Assembly: GCF_044704955.1 (NCBI RefSeq) | Contig: NW_027254745.1 | Location: 124,001 to 188,000 of the forward strand | Direction: 5' to 3' | DNA length: 64,000 bases | From: Pristiophorus japonicus | Taxonomy: Eukaryota | Shown here: positions 50,533-64,000 of the stretch, in pieces | Position numbering within the stretch: the first letter of the stretch is position 1 | Layout of the letters: every line of letters starts with the position of its first letter | Made by a program: the position numbers and the translations under genes | Notes under the pieces: generated by a model | What the model was told of the DNA's origin: nothing | The model's input: only the letters and a program-made list of their open reading frames with translations | Databases searched by the model: none

Positions 50533-52288
50533 CAGCACTGCCACAGTACTGGGACCAGGCGTGTCGGTTTCCATTATCGGCTCAGCTCTCTCGAGCGGGG
50601 TTTAGTATCTGTGACCTTCTGAATCAGAGGCGAGAGTGATCCCACTGAGCCGAATCTTGAACATATCACAGCTTGTATTTTAAAATGCTGCCATTCAGCT
50701 CATCATGTCTGAAGTCCAGGGTCTGAGCCCAGTCTTACACCGCTCCATTTATCATCAGGAGCGAGTTCTCTCATCTTGCCTGAGATATCATTACCACACT
50801 GTGATTTTCACTGGGTTCATATAAAAGTGTCAGTGATTCCACAGGGAACATCTCGAAGTGCCCCAGGCAGAACGACTCACAGACTTAAGAGATTTATATT
50901 GTGTGAGCTGCACCATCCGTGCAGCTGGAAGCTTGGACTGTTCTCCTCAGAACCGAGCAAGTTATGGGCCATTTAATAGAGGTATTCAAAATCAGGAAAA
51001 GTTTTGATCGGGTAAATTGGGAGATAATTCATCATTCCCTCTGACCACCCGCCTCTCCTTCTCTCCATTCCTTCATCACTCCATTTCTCTATCCCCCTCG
51101 CCCTCCATACCTGCCTCCATCAATCGCTCCCTCCTTGGACACACCTCTCCCTCCCTCCGTCCGCACTCCACCCGTCCAATACACTACACCTCCCTTGCTC
51201 CACTCCTCCATTCCTCCATCGCTCCCTCCATCAATCGCTCACTCCGTGCACCCATCCCTACCTCCGTCTCAGTTTATATTAAACTCGACCATGTCTCTGT
51301 TTATATTACACTAGACACTGCATCAGTTATTCCTGCCATAGACCATGGCTGAAATATATTATAATAAATGCCTGTCTCTCTTCATATTACATTAGATCTT
51401 GTCTAAACTATTAGTGCGCTGGACGCTGTCTGTATTTCTTATACTATCGACCCTGCTCAGTTATTTCAGCACTTGCACATGCGTCTGTTACATAGGCAGG
51501 AGATATAAAGAGGGATTGACAGATATTAATATAAATAAAGATGTATATATGTGTGGGTGTGAGGATGCAATACTTTTTTGTTTGGAAGTATATGCTTAGA
51601 TTTGTTAACAGCTATCAGCACGTGTGTGCAATCTCTAATTGATCTGTTATTATGACGGTAATAATTGTGTTGAAAGGATGAGTGAATCTTGTAACAATCT
51701 TCCAGTAATGGATTGGGATTGAGGGACAGGACGGAAGGTGAGCAATTCACTGCACTTTGAACTACTGGCAAAATCTGTGGGCTTGAGGTTACTAATTCAC
51801 ACTTGTGTTGTCCTGTGCCTATTTCTCCAAGTTCTTTAACGTTAAGGATTGTTTTTCATCCAGTATTTGACGTGACCCACTGATTATGTAGGACAGAGCC
51901 TGGAACCGTGATCTCAGAGCACCGCCGGATGGGCGGCCACAGTGTCCTAATATCGACCGGAAAATATGTTCTCACCTTGTGAAATGAACAACTGAAAAGA
52001 GAACACAAAAGTGTTTGGTATATGTTTATGTGTGTTNNNNNNNNNNNNNNNNNNNNNNNNNNNNNNNNNNNNNNNNNNNNNNNNNNNNNNNNNNNNNNNN
52101 NNNNNNNNNNNNNNNNNNNNNNNNNNNNNNNNNNNNNNNNNNNNNNNNNNNNNNNNNNNNNNNNNNNNNNNNNNNNAATGTCTGCAAGTGCACTCCACAA
52201 AGACAAATGATTAGCTTCAGCCAATATTTTTCAGCATTTTACTTCATTCAAAATGCAATTGCAGGTCGTTTAATAGCTTTAACATTTA

Positions 52289-55165
52289 AGATAGAAAGAT
52301 AGAAAGATAGAAGCATAGAAAATAGGTGCAGGAGTAGGCCATTCGGCCCTTCGAGCCTGCAACACCATTCAATGAGTTCATGGCTGAACATGCAACTACA
52401 GTACCCCATTCCTGCATTCTCGCCATACTCCTTGATACCCCTAATAGTAAGGACTACATCTAACTCCTTTTTGAATATATTTACTGAATTGGCCTCAACA
52501 ACTTTCTGTGGTAGAGAATTCCACAGGTTGACCACTCTCTGGGTGAAGAAGTTTCTCCTCATCTCGGTCCTAAATGGCTTACCCCTTATCCTTAGACTGT
52601 GAGCCCTGGTTCTGGACTTTTCCAACATTGGGAACATTCTTCCTGCATCTAACCTGTCGAAACCCATCAGAATTTTAAAAGTTTCCATGAGATCACCCCC
52701 TCATTCATCTGAACTCCAGTGAATACAAGCCCAGTTGATCCACTATTTCTTGATAGGTCAGTCCCACCATCCCAGGAATCAGTCTGGTGAACATTCGCTC
52801 CACTCCCTCAATAGCAAGAATGTCCTTCCTCAAGTTAGGAGACCAAAACTGTACACAATACTCCAGGTGTGGCCTCACCAAGGCCCTGTACAACTGTAGC
52901 AACTGCCCCAGTACTCAAATCCCCTCGCTATGAAGGCCAACATGCCATTTGCTTTCTTAACCGCCTGCTGTACCTGCATGTCAACTTTCAATGACTGTTG
53001 TACCATGACACCCAGGTCTCGTTACACCTCCCCTTTTCCTAATCTGTCAACATTCAGATAATAGTCTGTCTCTCTGTTTTTACCACCAAAGTGGATAACC
53101 TCACATTTATCCATATTATACTTCATCTGCCATGTATTTGCCCACTCACTTAACCTATCCAAGTCCCTCTGCAGTCTCATAGCATCCTCCTCGCAACTCA
53201 CACTGCCACCCAACTTAGTGACATCCGCAAATTTGGAGATACTTCATTTAATCCCCTCGTCCAAATCATTAATGTACAATGTAAACAGCTGGGACCCCAG
53301 CACAGAACCTTGCGGTACCCCACTAGTCACTGCCTGCCATTCTGAAAAGTACCCATTTACTCCTACTCTTTGCTTCCTGTCTGACAACCAGTTCTCAATC
53401 CATGTCAGCACACTACCCCCAATCCCATGTGCTTTAACTTTGCACATTAATCTCTTGTGTGGGACCTTGTCGAAAGCCTTCTGAAAGTCGAAATATACCA
53501 CATCAACTGGTTCTCCCTCGTCCACTCTACTGGAAACATCCTCAAGAAATTCGAGAAGATTTGTCAAGCATGATTTCCCTTTCATAAATCCATGCTAACC
53601 TGGACCTATCATGTCACCTATTTCCAAATGCGCTGCTATGACATCCTTAATAATTTATTCCATCATTTTACCCACTACTGAGGTCAGGCTGACCGGTCTA
53701 TAATTCCCTGTTTTCTCTCTCCCTCCTTTTTTAAAAAGTGGGGTTACATTGGCTACACTCCACTCGATAGGAACTGATCCAGAATCTATGGAATGTTGGT
53801 AAATGACTGTCAATGCATCCGCTATTTCCAAGGCCACCGTCGTAGGTCCTCTGGGATGCAGTCCATCAGGCCCTGGGATTTATCGGCCTTCAATCCCATC
53901 AATTTCCCCAACACAATTTCCCGACTAATAAGGATTTCCCTCGTTTCCTCCTTCTTACTAGACCCTCTGACCCCTTTTATATCCGGAAGGTTGTTTGTGT
54001 CCTCCTTAGTGAATACCGAACCAAAGTACATATTCAATTGGTCTGCCATTTCTTTGTTCCCCGTTATGACCTCCCCTGATTCTGACTGCAGGGGACCTAC
54101 GTTTGTCTTTACTAATCTTTTTCTCTTTACATATCTATAGCAACGTTTGTAGTCCGTCATAATGTTCCCTGCAAGCTTCCTTTCGTACTCTATTTTCCCT
54201 GCCCTAATCAAATCCTTTGTCCTCCTCTGCTGAGTTCTAAATTTCTCCCAGTCCCCAGGTTCACTGCTATTTCTGGCCAATTTGTATGCCACTTCCTTGG
54301 CTTTAATACTATCCCTGATTTCCCTGATAGCCACGGTTCATCAACCTTCCCTTTTTTATTTTTACACCAGACAGGGATGTACAATTGTTGTAGTTCATCC
54401 ATGCGGTCTCTAAATGTCTGCCATTGCCCATCCACAGTCTACCCCTTAAGTATTATTCGCAAATCCATCCTAGCCAATTCACCCTCATACCTTCAAAGTT
54501 ACCCTTCTTTAAGTCCTGGACCATGGTCTCTGAATTAACTGTTTCATTCTCCATCCTAACGTAGAATTCCATCATATTATGGTCACTCTTCCCCAAGGGG
54601 CTTCGCACAACGAGATTGCTAAATAATCCTCTCTCATTACACAAGACCCAGTCTAAGATGGCCTCCCCCCCTAGTTGGTTCCTCGACATATTGCTCTCGA
54701 AAACCATCCATTATGCACTCCAGGAAATCCTTCTCCACCGTATTACTTCCAGTTTGGTTAGTCCAATCTATATGCATATTAAAGTCACCCATGATAAATG
54801 CTGCACCTTTATTGCATGCACCCCTAATTTCCTGTTTGATGCGTTCCCCAACATCACTGCTACTGTTTGGAGGTCTGTACACAACTCGCACTAACGTTTT
54901 TTGCCCTTTGATGTTCTGCAGCTCTACCCATATATATTCCACATCATCCAAGCTGATGTCCTTCCGAACTATTGCATTAATCTCCTCTTTAACCAGCAAT
55001 GCTACCCCAGCTCCTTTTCCTTTTATTCTTTCCTTCCTGAATGTTGAATAGCCATGGATGTTGAGTTCCCAGCCCTGATCATCCTGGAGCCACGTCTCCG
55101 TAATCACAATCATATCATATCCGTTAACATCTATTTGCACAGTTAATTCATCCACCTTATTCATC
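52289..55165 (-). mobile_element. CR1 LINE copy 3
   Basis: Near-identical to copies 1 and 2, with the same lesions. Confidence 0.95.
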
Positions 55166-57129
55166 CAGCACTGCCACAGTACTGGCACCAGGCGTGTCGG
55201 TTTCGATTATCGGCTCAGCTCTCTCGAGCGGGGTTTAGTATCTGTGACCTTCTGAATCAGAGGCGAGAGTGATCCCACTGAGCCGAATCTTGAACATATC
55301 ACAGCTTGTATTTTAAAATGCTGCCATTCAGCTCATCATGTCTGAAGACCAGGGTCTGAGCCCAGTCTTACACCGCTCCATTTATCATCAGGAGCGAGTT
55401 CTCTCATCTTGCCTGAGATATCATTACCACACTGTGATTTTCATTGGGTTCATATAAAAGTGTCAGTGATTCCACAGGGAACATCTCGAAGTGCCCCAGG
55501 CAGAACGACTCACAGACTTAAGAGATTTATATTGTGTGAGCTGCACCATCAGAGCAGCTGGAAGCTGGGACTGTTCTCCTCAGAGCCGAGCAACTTATGG
55601 GCCATTTAATAGAGGTGTTCAAAATCAGGAAAAGTTTTGATCGGGTAAATTGGGAGATAATTCATCATTCCCTCTGACCACCCGCCTCTCCTTCTCTCCA
55701 TTCCTTCATCACTCCATTTCTCTATCCCCCTCGCCCTCCATACCTGCCTCCATCAATCGCTCCCTCCTTGGACACACCTCTCCCTCCCTCCGTCCGCACT
55801 CCACCCGTCCAATACACTACACCTCCCTTGCTCCACTCCTCCATTCCTCCATCGCTCCCTCCATCAATCGCTCACTCCGTGCACCCATCCCTACCTCCGT
55901 CTCAGTTTATATTAAACTCGACCATGTCTCTGTTTATATTACACTAGGCACTGCATCAGTTATTCCTGCCATAGACCTAGGCTGAAATATATTATAATAA
56001 ATGCCTGTCTCTCTTCATATTACATTAGATCTTGTCTAAACTATTAGTGCGCTGGACGCTGTCTGTATTTCTTATACTATCGACCCTGCTCAGTTATTTC
56101 AGCACTTGCACATGCGTCTGTTACATAGGCAGGAGATATAAAGAGGGATTGACAGATATTAATATAAATAAAGATGTATATATGTGTGGGTGTGAGGATG
56201 CAATACTTTTTTGTTTGGAAATATATGCTTAGATTTGTTAACAGCTATCAGCACGTGTGTGTAATCTCTAATTGATCTGTTATTATGTCGGTAATAATTG
56301 TGTTGAAAGGATGAGTGAATCTTGTAACAATCTTCCAGTAATGGACTGGGGTTGAGGGACAGGACGGAAGGTGAGCAATTCACTGCACTTTGAACTACTG
56401 GCAAAATCTGTGGGTTTGAGGTTACTAATTCACACTTGTGTTGTCCTGTGCCTATTTCTCCAAGTTCTTTAACGTTAAGGATTGTTTTTCATCCAGTATT
56501 TGACGTGACCCACTGATTATGTAGGACAGAGCCTGGAACCGTGATCTCAGAGCACCGCCGGATGGGCGGCCACAGTGTCCTAATATCGACCGGAAAATAT
56601 GTTCTCACCTTGTGAAATGAACAACTGAAAACAGAACACAAAAGTGTTTGGTATATGTTTATGTGTGTTNNNNNNNNNNNNNNNNNNNNNNNNNNNNNNN
56701 NNNNNNNNNNNNNNNNNNNNNNNNNNNNNNNNNNNNNNNNNNNNNNNNNNNNNNNNNNNNNNNNNNNNNNNNNNNNNNNNNNNNNNNNNNNNNNNNNTTG
56801 CACACATTCATAATGTCTGCAAGTGCACTCCACAAAGACAAATGATTAGCTTCAGCCAATATTTTTCAGCATTTTACTTCATTCAAAATGCAATTGCAGG
56901 TCGTTTAATAGGTTTAACATTTATTGATAACCCATTCTCTTGCGTGCTCTTGTTTAGAATGATGTCACTCTGGCCATTCTGTTACCAAGGTGACCATTTC
57001 TGTCCGCAGTATTCAGTGTGAAACGGGATTAAATCACACCGAGGATAATGAGCAACCAAACGCCAGTCTCTGCGCTTTATCGTCTAGTGATCACCTCAGC
57101 ATCACCCAGAAAACTCTGATATACACCTT

Positions 57130-57633
57130 GAGGGAGTGCAGCCAAAGTTCACCAGACTGAATCGCGGGATGGCAGGACTGACATATGCAGAAATATTGGA
57201 TTGACTAGCCTTATATTCGCTGAAATTTAGAAGAATGAGAGGGGATCTCAGAGAAGCATATGAAATTCTGACGGGATTGGACAGGTTAGATCTTGGAAGA
57301 ATGTTCCTGATGTTGGGGAAGTCCAGAACCAGGAGTCACAGTCTAAGGATAAGGGGTAAGTCATTTACGACAGAGATGAGGAGAAACTTCTTCACCCAGA
57401 GAAGTGTGAACCTGTGGAATTCTCTACTACAGTAAGTTGTTGAGTCCAGTTCGTTGCATATATTCAAAAGGGAGTTAGATGTGAACTTTACGGCTAAAGG
57501 GATCAGGGGGTATGGAGAGAAGACAGGAGTGGGGTACTGAAGTTGTATGATCAGCCATGATCATATTGAATGGTGCTGCAGGCTCGAAGGGCCGAATTGC
57601 CTGCTCCTGCACATATTTTCTATGTTTCTATGA
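57130..57633 (+). mobile_element. CR1 3' fragment
   Basis: MRGDLREAYEIL..RRNFFTQRSVNLWNSL and the tail ttctatgtttctatg. Confidence 0.9.
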
Positions 57634-60600
57634 TTAGTGCCCATGATGGTAAAAATGAAACTGCACTTGTACCTGGCAGGAGGTTAATAAATCTCTAATT
57701 ATCTGGCATTATTACTTTCACTACACCAGACCCCGTCGCAGTATTTACCCAGTCGTAGTTTATAAGGTTGATGTGGTGGACTTCTAAAAGTTGTTTGATA
57801 AAGTGCCTTAATAATATCCTTGCCATAAAAATTTAAACCCACAGAATTAAGAGAACAGTGGCAGCATGGTGTACATAATTGGCGGAGTGACAGGAACCAC
57901 AGAGTAGTGGTGACCAGTTATTTTGTGTTGGACTGGGGGAAGGAATACTGTGGTATTCTGCAGCGATTGGTACTAGGAACACTGCGTTTCTTCATTTATA
58001 TTCATGACTTAGACTTAGGAGTACAGGGTAAAATTTCGAAATTTGTAGATGATACAAAATTTGGAAGTAGATGTGAACAGTGAGGAGATAGTGATGACTT
58101 CAAGATGACACAGACATGCTGGTAGAATGGGCACACTCGTGGCAAATGAAACGGAGAAAAGTGTGAAATGAATCACTTTGATAAGACGAATGAGGAGAGG
58201 AAAAATAAACTAAAGTGTACAATGTTAAAGGAGGTGCATGAACACAGTGACCTGATGGTATATGTGCACAAATCATTGAAGGTGGCAGGGCCGGTTGAGA
58301 CAATGGTCAATAGCTTACATGATGCTGGGCTTCGTAAATACACGCATAGAGTACAAAAGAAAGGAAGTTATGATGAACGTTTATAAAACACTGGTTAAGC
58401 CTCACCTGGAATATTGTGTCCAATTCTTTAGCAAGGATGTGAGGCCTTAGAGAGGATTCAGAAAAGATTTACAATTATGGTTCCAAGGATACGGTACTTC
58501 GGTTATGTGGATAGCCTGGAGAAGTTGGAATTTTTCTCCTTAGAGCTGAAAGGTAGAGATGAGATTTCAAAGAAGTGTTCAGAATCATAAGGGGTCTAGA
58601 TAGATTAGGTAGAGAGAAACTGTTCCCATTGGTGGGAAGATCGAGAACAAAGGACACAGAGTTAAGGTGATTAGCTGATTGGAAAACTACAAATTTAATG
58701 CTCCTATTTGCAAAAGGATGCAGGCAAAAAGCAGGAAACTATAAACCAATTCGTCTAACATCTGCGCTTGGGAAAATGTTGGAGTCCATTATTAAAGAAG
58801 CAGTGGCAGGATATTTGGAAAAGCAAAATTCGGTCAGGCAGAGTCAGCGTGGATTTATGAAGGGGAAGTCATGTTTGACAAATTTTCAGGAATTCTTTGA
58901 GGAGGTAACAAACAGGGTGGGTAAAACGGAACCAGTGGCTGTGATGTATTTGGGCTTCTAGAAGGCATTTGATAAGGTGCCACATAAAAGGTTACTGCAC
59001 AAGATAAACATTCACGGGGTTGGGGCTGATATATTAGCATGGATAGAGGATTAGCTGACTAACAGAAAACCGAGAGTCAGGATCAAAGGTTCATTCTCGG
59101 GTTGGCATTCAGTAACTAGTGGGATGCTGCAGGGATCAGTGCTGGGAACCCCTCTATGTACAATCTACCGACGTTGAAGAATGCATCGAGAGCAACATAG
59201 CCAGGTTTTCTGATGATACAAAGATGGGAGAAAAAGCAATGTGTGACGAGGACACAAAAAGACTCCACTACACTACAGTAGACCCATCTCAAGTTTATTT
59301 TACCCCATCCACCACATTAAATAATCCCTCCCACCCCCAACGGCGCACCATGTCTGCAGTGATTAAAACCCCCAAGATGCTTTGCAGCAACTCGCCAAGA
59401 TATCCTCGACAGCCCTTTCCACACCTGCGACCTCTTCCACCAAGAAGAACAAGGGCAGCGTGCTCATGGGAACACCATCACCTCCGTGTATCCCTCCAAA
59501 TCACACATCATCCTGACTTAGGAACTTATTACCGTTCCTTCATAGTCGCTGGGTCAAATTTTGGAACCCGCTACCAAACAATGTGGAGGTCCCTTCATAA
59601 CATGGACTGCAGCGGTTCAAGGGGCAGCTTACCATTTGCTTATCAAGGCCAATTAGGAATAGACCATCAATGTTTGCCTTGCCAGCGACACCCACACCCA
59701 TATGCCAGAAGCGAATAAAGAAATGTCCCTGCGTCAGTAATTACTGCACGAGGCCCTATCTCAGTTATTACTGCACTAGAACTATTAATATTGTACTAGG
59801 CCCGATATCAGATATTACTGCAATATGGCATGCCTTTGTTCCTATTACACAAGACCCTGTCTCTGTTTATATTAAACTAGACCAGGACATGGATTATGTT
59901 ACACTAGCCCCAACGTTTTCCATTACTAAACTGGACCATTTCTCTGTTTATATTACACTGGACCCGGTCTCAGTTATTACTGCACTAAACTCTGTAACTT
60001 CCAGGCCAGGTTCAGCATGTGTTAGATACAGAGTAAAGCGCTCTCTACACCGCACCATCAAACATTCTCATGCCAGGTACAGCATGTGTCAGGTACAGAG
60101 TAAAGTGCCCTCTATACTACCTCATCACATACACCCAGGGCAGGTAGAGTATGGGTTAGATACAGAGAAAAACTCCCTCAACACTACCCCATCAAACACT
60201 CCCAGGGCAGGTACATCATATGTCAGATACAGAGTAAAACTCCCTCTGCAATGTCCCATCACACACTCCCAGGGCAGGTACAACTTTAAGCATAAACCTC
60301 CTCTATCACATTAGTGATTTTGCTGTACATGCTGACGAGAAGGAGTATTTCCCCATTCTGTCCGTGGGTATCATCTTTCCTTTATTCTAATAAAATTTAG
60401 TGAAATATACCAAAACACAATTGTTGCTGGAGTCTGTTGAGAGATTTGCATTTCTGTCTATCTTTATTTCAATGCTGTGTTGGTGAAGAAACATTCATGG
60501 TGTCTCTGATGCTCAATACTCTAATCTGGGACATCTATTTCTGTGATTATTTGCATAAAGGCCTCAATGGTTCCTACGAAGTGTTCATGGCAGCAAAATC

Positions 60601-62029
60601 ATGACAACAGAGTCACTTATTTATTAGTCTCAACTCACAACAATGGCTTATTTGAAGAATATTGACAGTGGGTACACAGAAGTAGCAATATGTCGAACAG
60701 TGACGTTGGCTTCAGTTTTGTTCAATTAGAACAGATGTGATTTATATCAAAGGAAATAAATATTAAAATGAATAATTCAGTTCTGAAAGTTCTGCAGCTG
60801 AAATCAGTGGAACATCTCTGAACATGCTGCTATTCCACTGGATCTCCATTTCGTGGAAGATTTAACCCATTGAAACTAAACAAGTTCAACCAGTGACCAT
60901 CAGTAATATCTGAGCGTTTCACATATCGCACCTTGTATTTAAAAATATTAACATTTAGAAAAAACTAGCATTTATATCGCGCCCTTCGTGACCTCATAAT
61001 GTCCCAAATGCTTTAAATCCAATTAATTACTTTGGAAGTGTTGTAATGTAGGAAATGTGGCAGCCAATTTGTGCAGAGCAGGATCCCATACACAGCAATG
61101 AAATAATGATCAGATAATCTGTTTTGCAAAAATTGTTTGAGGGACAAATGTTTTCCGTGGAAACCCTGAAGAACTCCTCAGCTGTTTAAGATAGTGCAAT
61201 GAATCCTTTAAATCCACCTGAGTGGAAAAATGGGGCCGCAGTTTAATGCTTGCCCCGAAAGACGGCAGCTCTGTCCGTGCAGCACTCCCTCAGTACTTGC
61301 AGCGGTCATGTCGGCATAGATTATGGGCTCAGTTCTCTGGAGTGTGGTTTAGCATCTGTGACATTCTGAGTCGGAGGCGAGAGTGATCCCACTGAGCCAA
61401 GGCTTGAACATATCACAGCTTGCATTTTAAAGTGTTGTCATTCAGTTCATCCTGCCTGAAGTTCAGGGCCTGAGCCTAGTCTTACTTCGATCCGCTTATT
61501 ATCACGGGCGAGTTCTCTGATCTTGCCTGGGATGTCATTCCCACACTGAGGTTTCCACCGGGTCGATATAAAAGTGACAGCGATTCCACAAGGAACATCT
61601 GGAAGTGCCCGAGGCAGAAGGAGTCACGGAACTTGAGTTTTACACTGTGTGAGCTGCACCATCATGGCAGCTGGAAGCTAGGATTGTTCTCCTTAGAGCC
61701 GAGCAGGTTATGGGCCACTTATCAGAGGTGCTCAAGAATATGAAGAGTTTTGATCGGGTAAAATGGGAGATACTCCATCACTCCCTCCCAATATACTTCC
61801 CTCCCACCACACGTCTCTCCTTCCCTCCCATCCATCATCCCTCCCTCCCTCCATCCCTCCCACCCTCCACCGTCTCACCTTCCCACCCTCCCTTCATCAC
61901 TCCCTCCCACCATCCGTGTCACGCTCCTTCCATTTTCAGCCCTCCATACCTCCATCCCTCCCTCCATCAATCTCTCCCTCCCCGCACCCATCCCTCCCAC
62001 TCTCCGACCATCCCTCCACCTCATTACGT

Positions 62030-62485
62030 TATGATGATAGATTGAGTACACTGGGTATTTACTAATTGGAGTTCAGAAGGATGAGGGGTGATCTTCTAGA
62101 AACATTTAAAATAATGAAAGGGATAGACAAGATAGAGGCGGAGAGGTTGTTTCCACTGGTCGGGGAGACTAGAACTAGGGGGCACAGCCTCAAAATAAGG
62201 GGGAGCCCATTTAAAACCGAGTTGAGAAGGAATTTCTTCTCCCAGAGGGTTGTGAGTCTGTGGAATTCTCTACCCAAGAAAGCAGTTGAGGCTAGCTCAT
62301 TGAATGTATTCAAGTCACAGATAGATAGATTTTTAACCAATAAGGGAATTAAGGGTTATGGGGAGCGGGCGGGTAAGTGGAGCTGAGTCCACGGCCAGAG
62401 CAGCCATTATCTTATTGAATAGCGGAGCAGGCTCGAAGGGCTAGATGGCCTACTCCTGTTCCTAATTCTTATGTTCTTATGTTCA
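62030..62485 (+). mobile_element. Young-looking CR1 3' fragment inserted in a CT-rich tract
   Basis: Open ORF2 C-terminus (62066-62386) and the tail tcttatgttcttatgttc. Confidence 0.9.
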
Positions 62486-62969
62486 CCCCTCCATCACACC
62501 ACCCCTTCCTTGCTCCACTCCTCCCTACCTCCATCCTTCTCTCAGCTCAGCCGTTTCTTATTTTCCCTTTGCAGATTTTCTGCTCCCATCGATGAGGATT
62601 CCTCAGCTTGAATTTTCTGCACCCAATTCCTTATATTAACAAATAAGAGAGAAAGCCACAGCAAATGGATATATTTCATCCACCTGCCTAAAAACAAACT
62701 GATGAGAAATAAAATGGTGACCTTTCCGGAGAGGGAGTTGGCTGGGGAACTGGCACTGGGTAGAAATTATCGTTGGGTCAGTCGGGATATTTTTCCTTTT
62801 CATAAATAAAAAATAGAAGGGTAACATCTTTAAAATTGTTTTAAATCATCGCCGACTTTCAGCTTCTCGTTTTCACTCCCCATTCTCGCTGTTGAGAATG
62901 GGCCAGTGCCCGCCTGGAGCTTGTTGCCATTGTGTGTACGGTACGGTAGCTCGCAAGCTCTCGCTACAC

Positions 62970-64000
62970 GGACAGACTTGGAGAGACTGGGGCTGTTCTC
63001 CATACAGCAGAGAAGGGTGAGGGGTGATTCAGTAGATTGGTACCTGCATGAGGGACTTCAGTTAAAGTGGAGATTGGAGAAGATGTGATTGCTCACCTTG
63101 GAGGGGGCACGGTTGAGGGCATGTGTAATAGAATGGTACAAGGGATGAGGGACTTCAGTTAATGTGAAGAGACAGGAGAAGATGGGATTCTGTTCTTTAG
63201 AGGAGAGAAGTCGAAGAGAAGATTTGATAGACTTTTTTGAAAATATCAATCATTCGACAGAGTAAATAAACAGAAACTGTTTCAGATGGATGGTGATTGA
63301 CAAAAGGACAAGAAGCGATATGTAGACGAAATTCTCTATGCAACCACTGGTTAGGATTTAGAGTGTACTGCATGATATGGTGGTAGATACAGATTCAACA
63401 GTAGTCTTCAAAAGGAAATTGTGTAAGTATTTGAAGGAGAAAAAATGCAGGGATATAGGGAAGGAGCGGGGGATTGACATTAATGGGATTGCTCTTCGAA
63501 AGAGCTGGCACAGACTCTATGGGCTGAATGCCACCCTGTGTGCCGTACTAATCTATGAGTGACCATAACATGGTTGAATTTCAAATTCAGTTGCGGCGGG
63601 GGGAAGGGGGGGGGCGGTGGTCGGTGAGAATCGATTCACAAACCAGTGTCCTAAGTTTAAATGAAGGACACTATGATGGCAAAGTTGGCTAAAGTGGACT
63701 GGGAAAATAAATAAAAGGATGGGACAGCTGATGAGCCGTGGCCGACATTTAAGGAGATATTTCATAACTCGAAACAAAAATATATCCCAATGAGAAGGCA
63801 ACATTGCATGAGAAGGGATAACCATCCGGGGCTAACTAAGGAAATAAGGGAAGGTATCAAATTGCAAACAAATGCATACAATTTGGCCAAGACGAGTGGG
63901 AGGTCAGAGGATTGGGAAACTTTAAAAACCTAGCAAAGAAATAATGAAACATAAAGAGAGGGAAGATAGATTATGAAAGTAAACTAGCCCGAAATATAAA
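62970..64000 (+). mobile_element. Decayed CR1 fragments
   Basis: LERLGLFS-type pieces, followed by an ORF2 internal piece starting agtgaccataacatggttgaattt. Confidence 0.75.

Larger units (their letters stand above)
43037..56923. repeat. Tandem triplication of a ~4.63-kb unit (43037-47663, 47664-52288, 52289-56923)
   Basis: The ORF track repeats with offsets of 4622 and 4633 nt, and both internal junctions read ttaacattta|agatagaaag. Confidence 0.95.

Noticed and set aside
43037-55165. Three independent or active CR1 insertions
   Set aside because: Shared inactivating lesions and shared flanks show they are copies of one dead insertion.

Overview
Vertebrate genomic DNA, almost certainly from a cartilaginous fish (shark-type IgM sequence, CR1 LINEs, Deu-type SINEs, shark satellites). 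The main gene is one IgM heavy-chain cluster on the minus strand (about 12.1-27.4 kb): leader, VH with a 23-bp RSS, Cmu1-4 with secretory tail, and TM1. All of these exons are open and in phase. The key oddity is that there are no separate D and J segments. One 12-bp RSS is followed directly by an already fused D(D)J exon reading DCGSGYIAKDYWGQGTMVTVTA, while V is still unrearranged. This V-DJ layout needs only one recombination event and hard-wires most of CDR3, including a Cys. Left of the gene are a decayed Gypsy element interrupted by a 6.4-kb class III (ERV-L/S-like) provirus with a tRNA-Ser PBS and a deleted env, followed by promoter-like islands and minisatellites. Right of the gene is a repeat-dense region: satellites, CR1 and SINE fragments, an old module of about 5.3 kb present in about three copies, and a recent 4.6-kb tandem triplication carrying a dead CR1. 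All alignments and motif calls were made by eye. Comparisons with other shark proteins rely on recalled knowledge and need checking.
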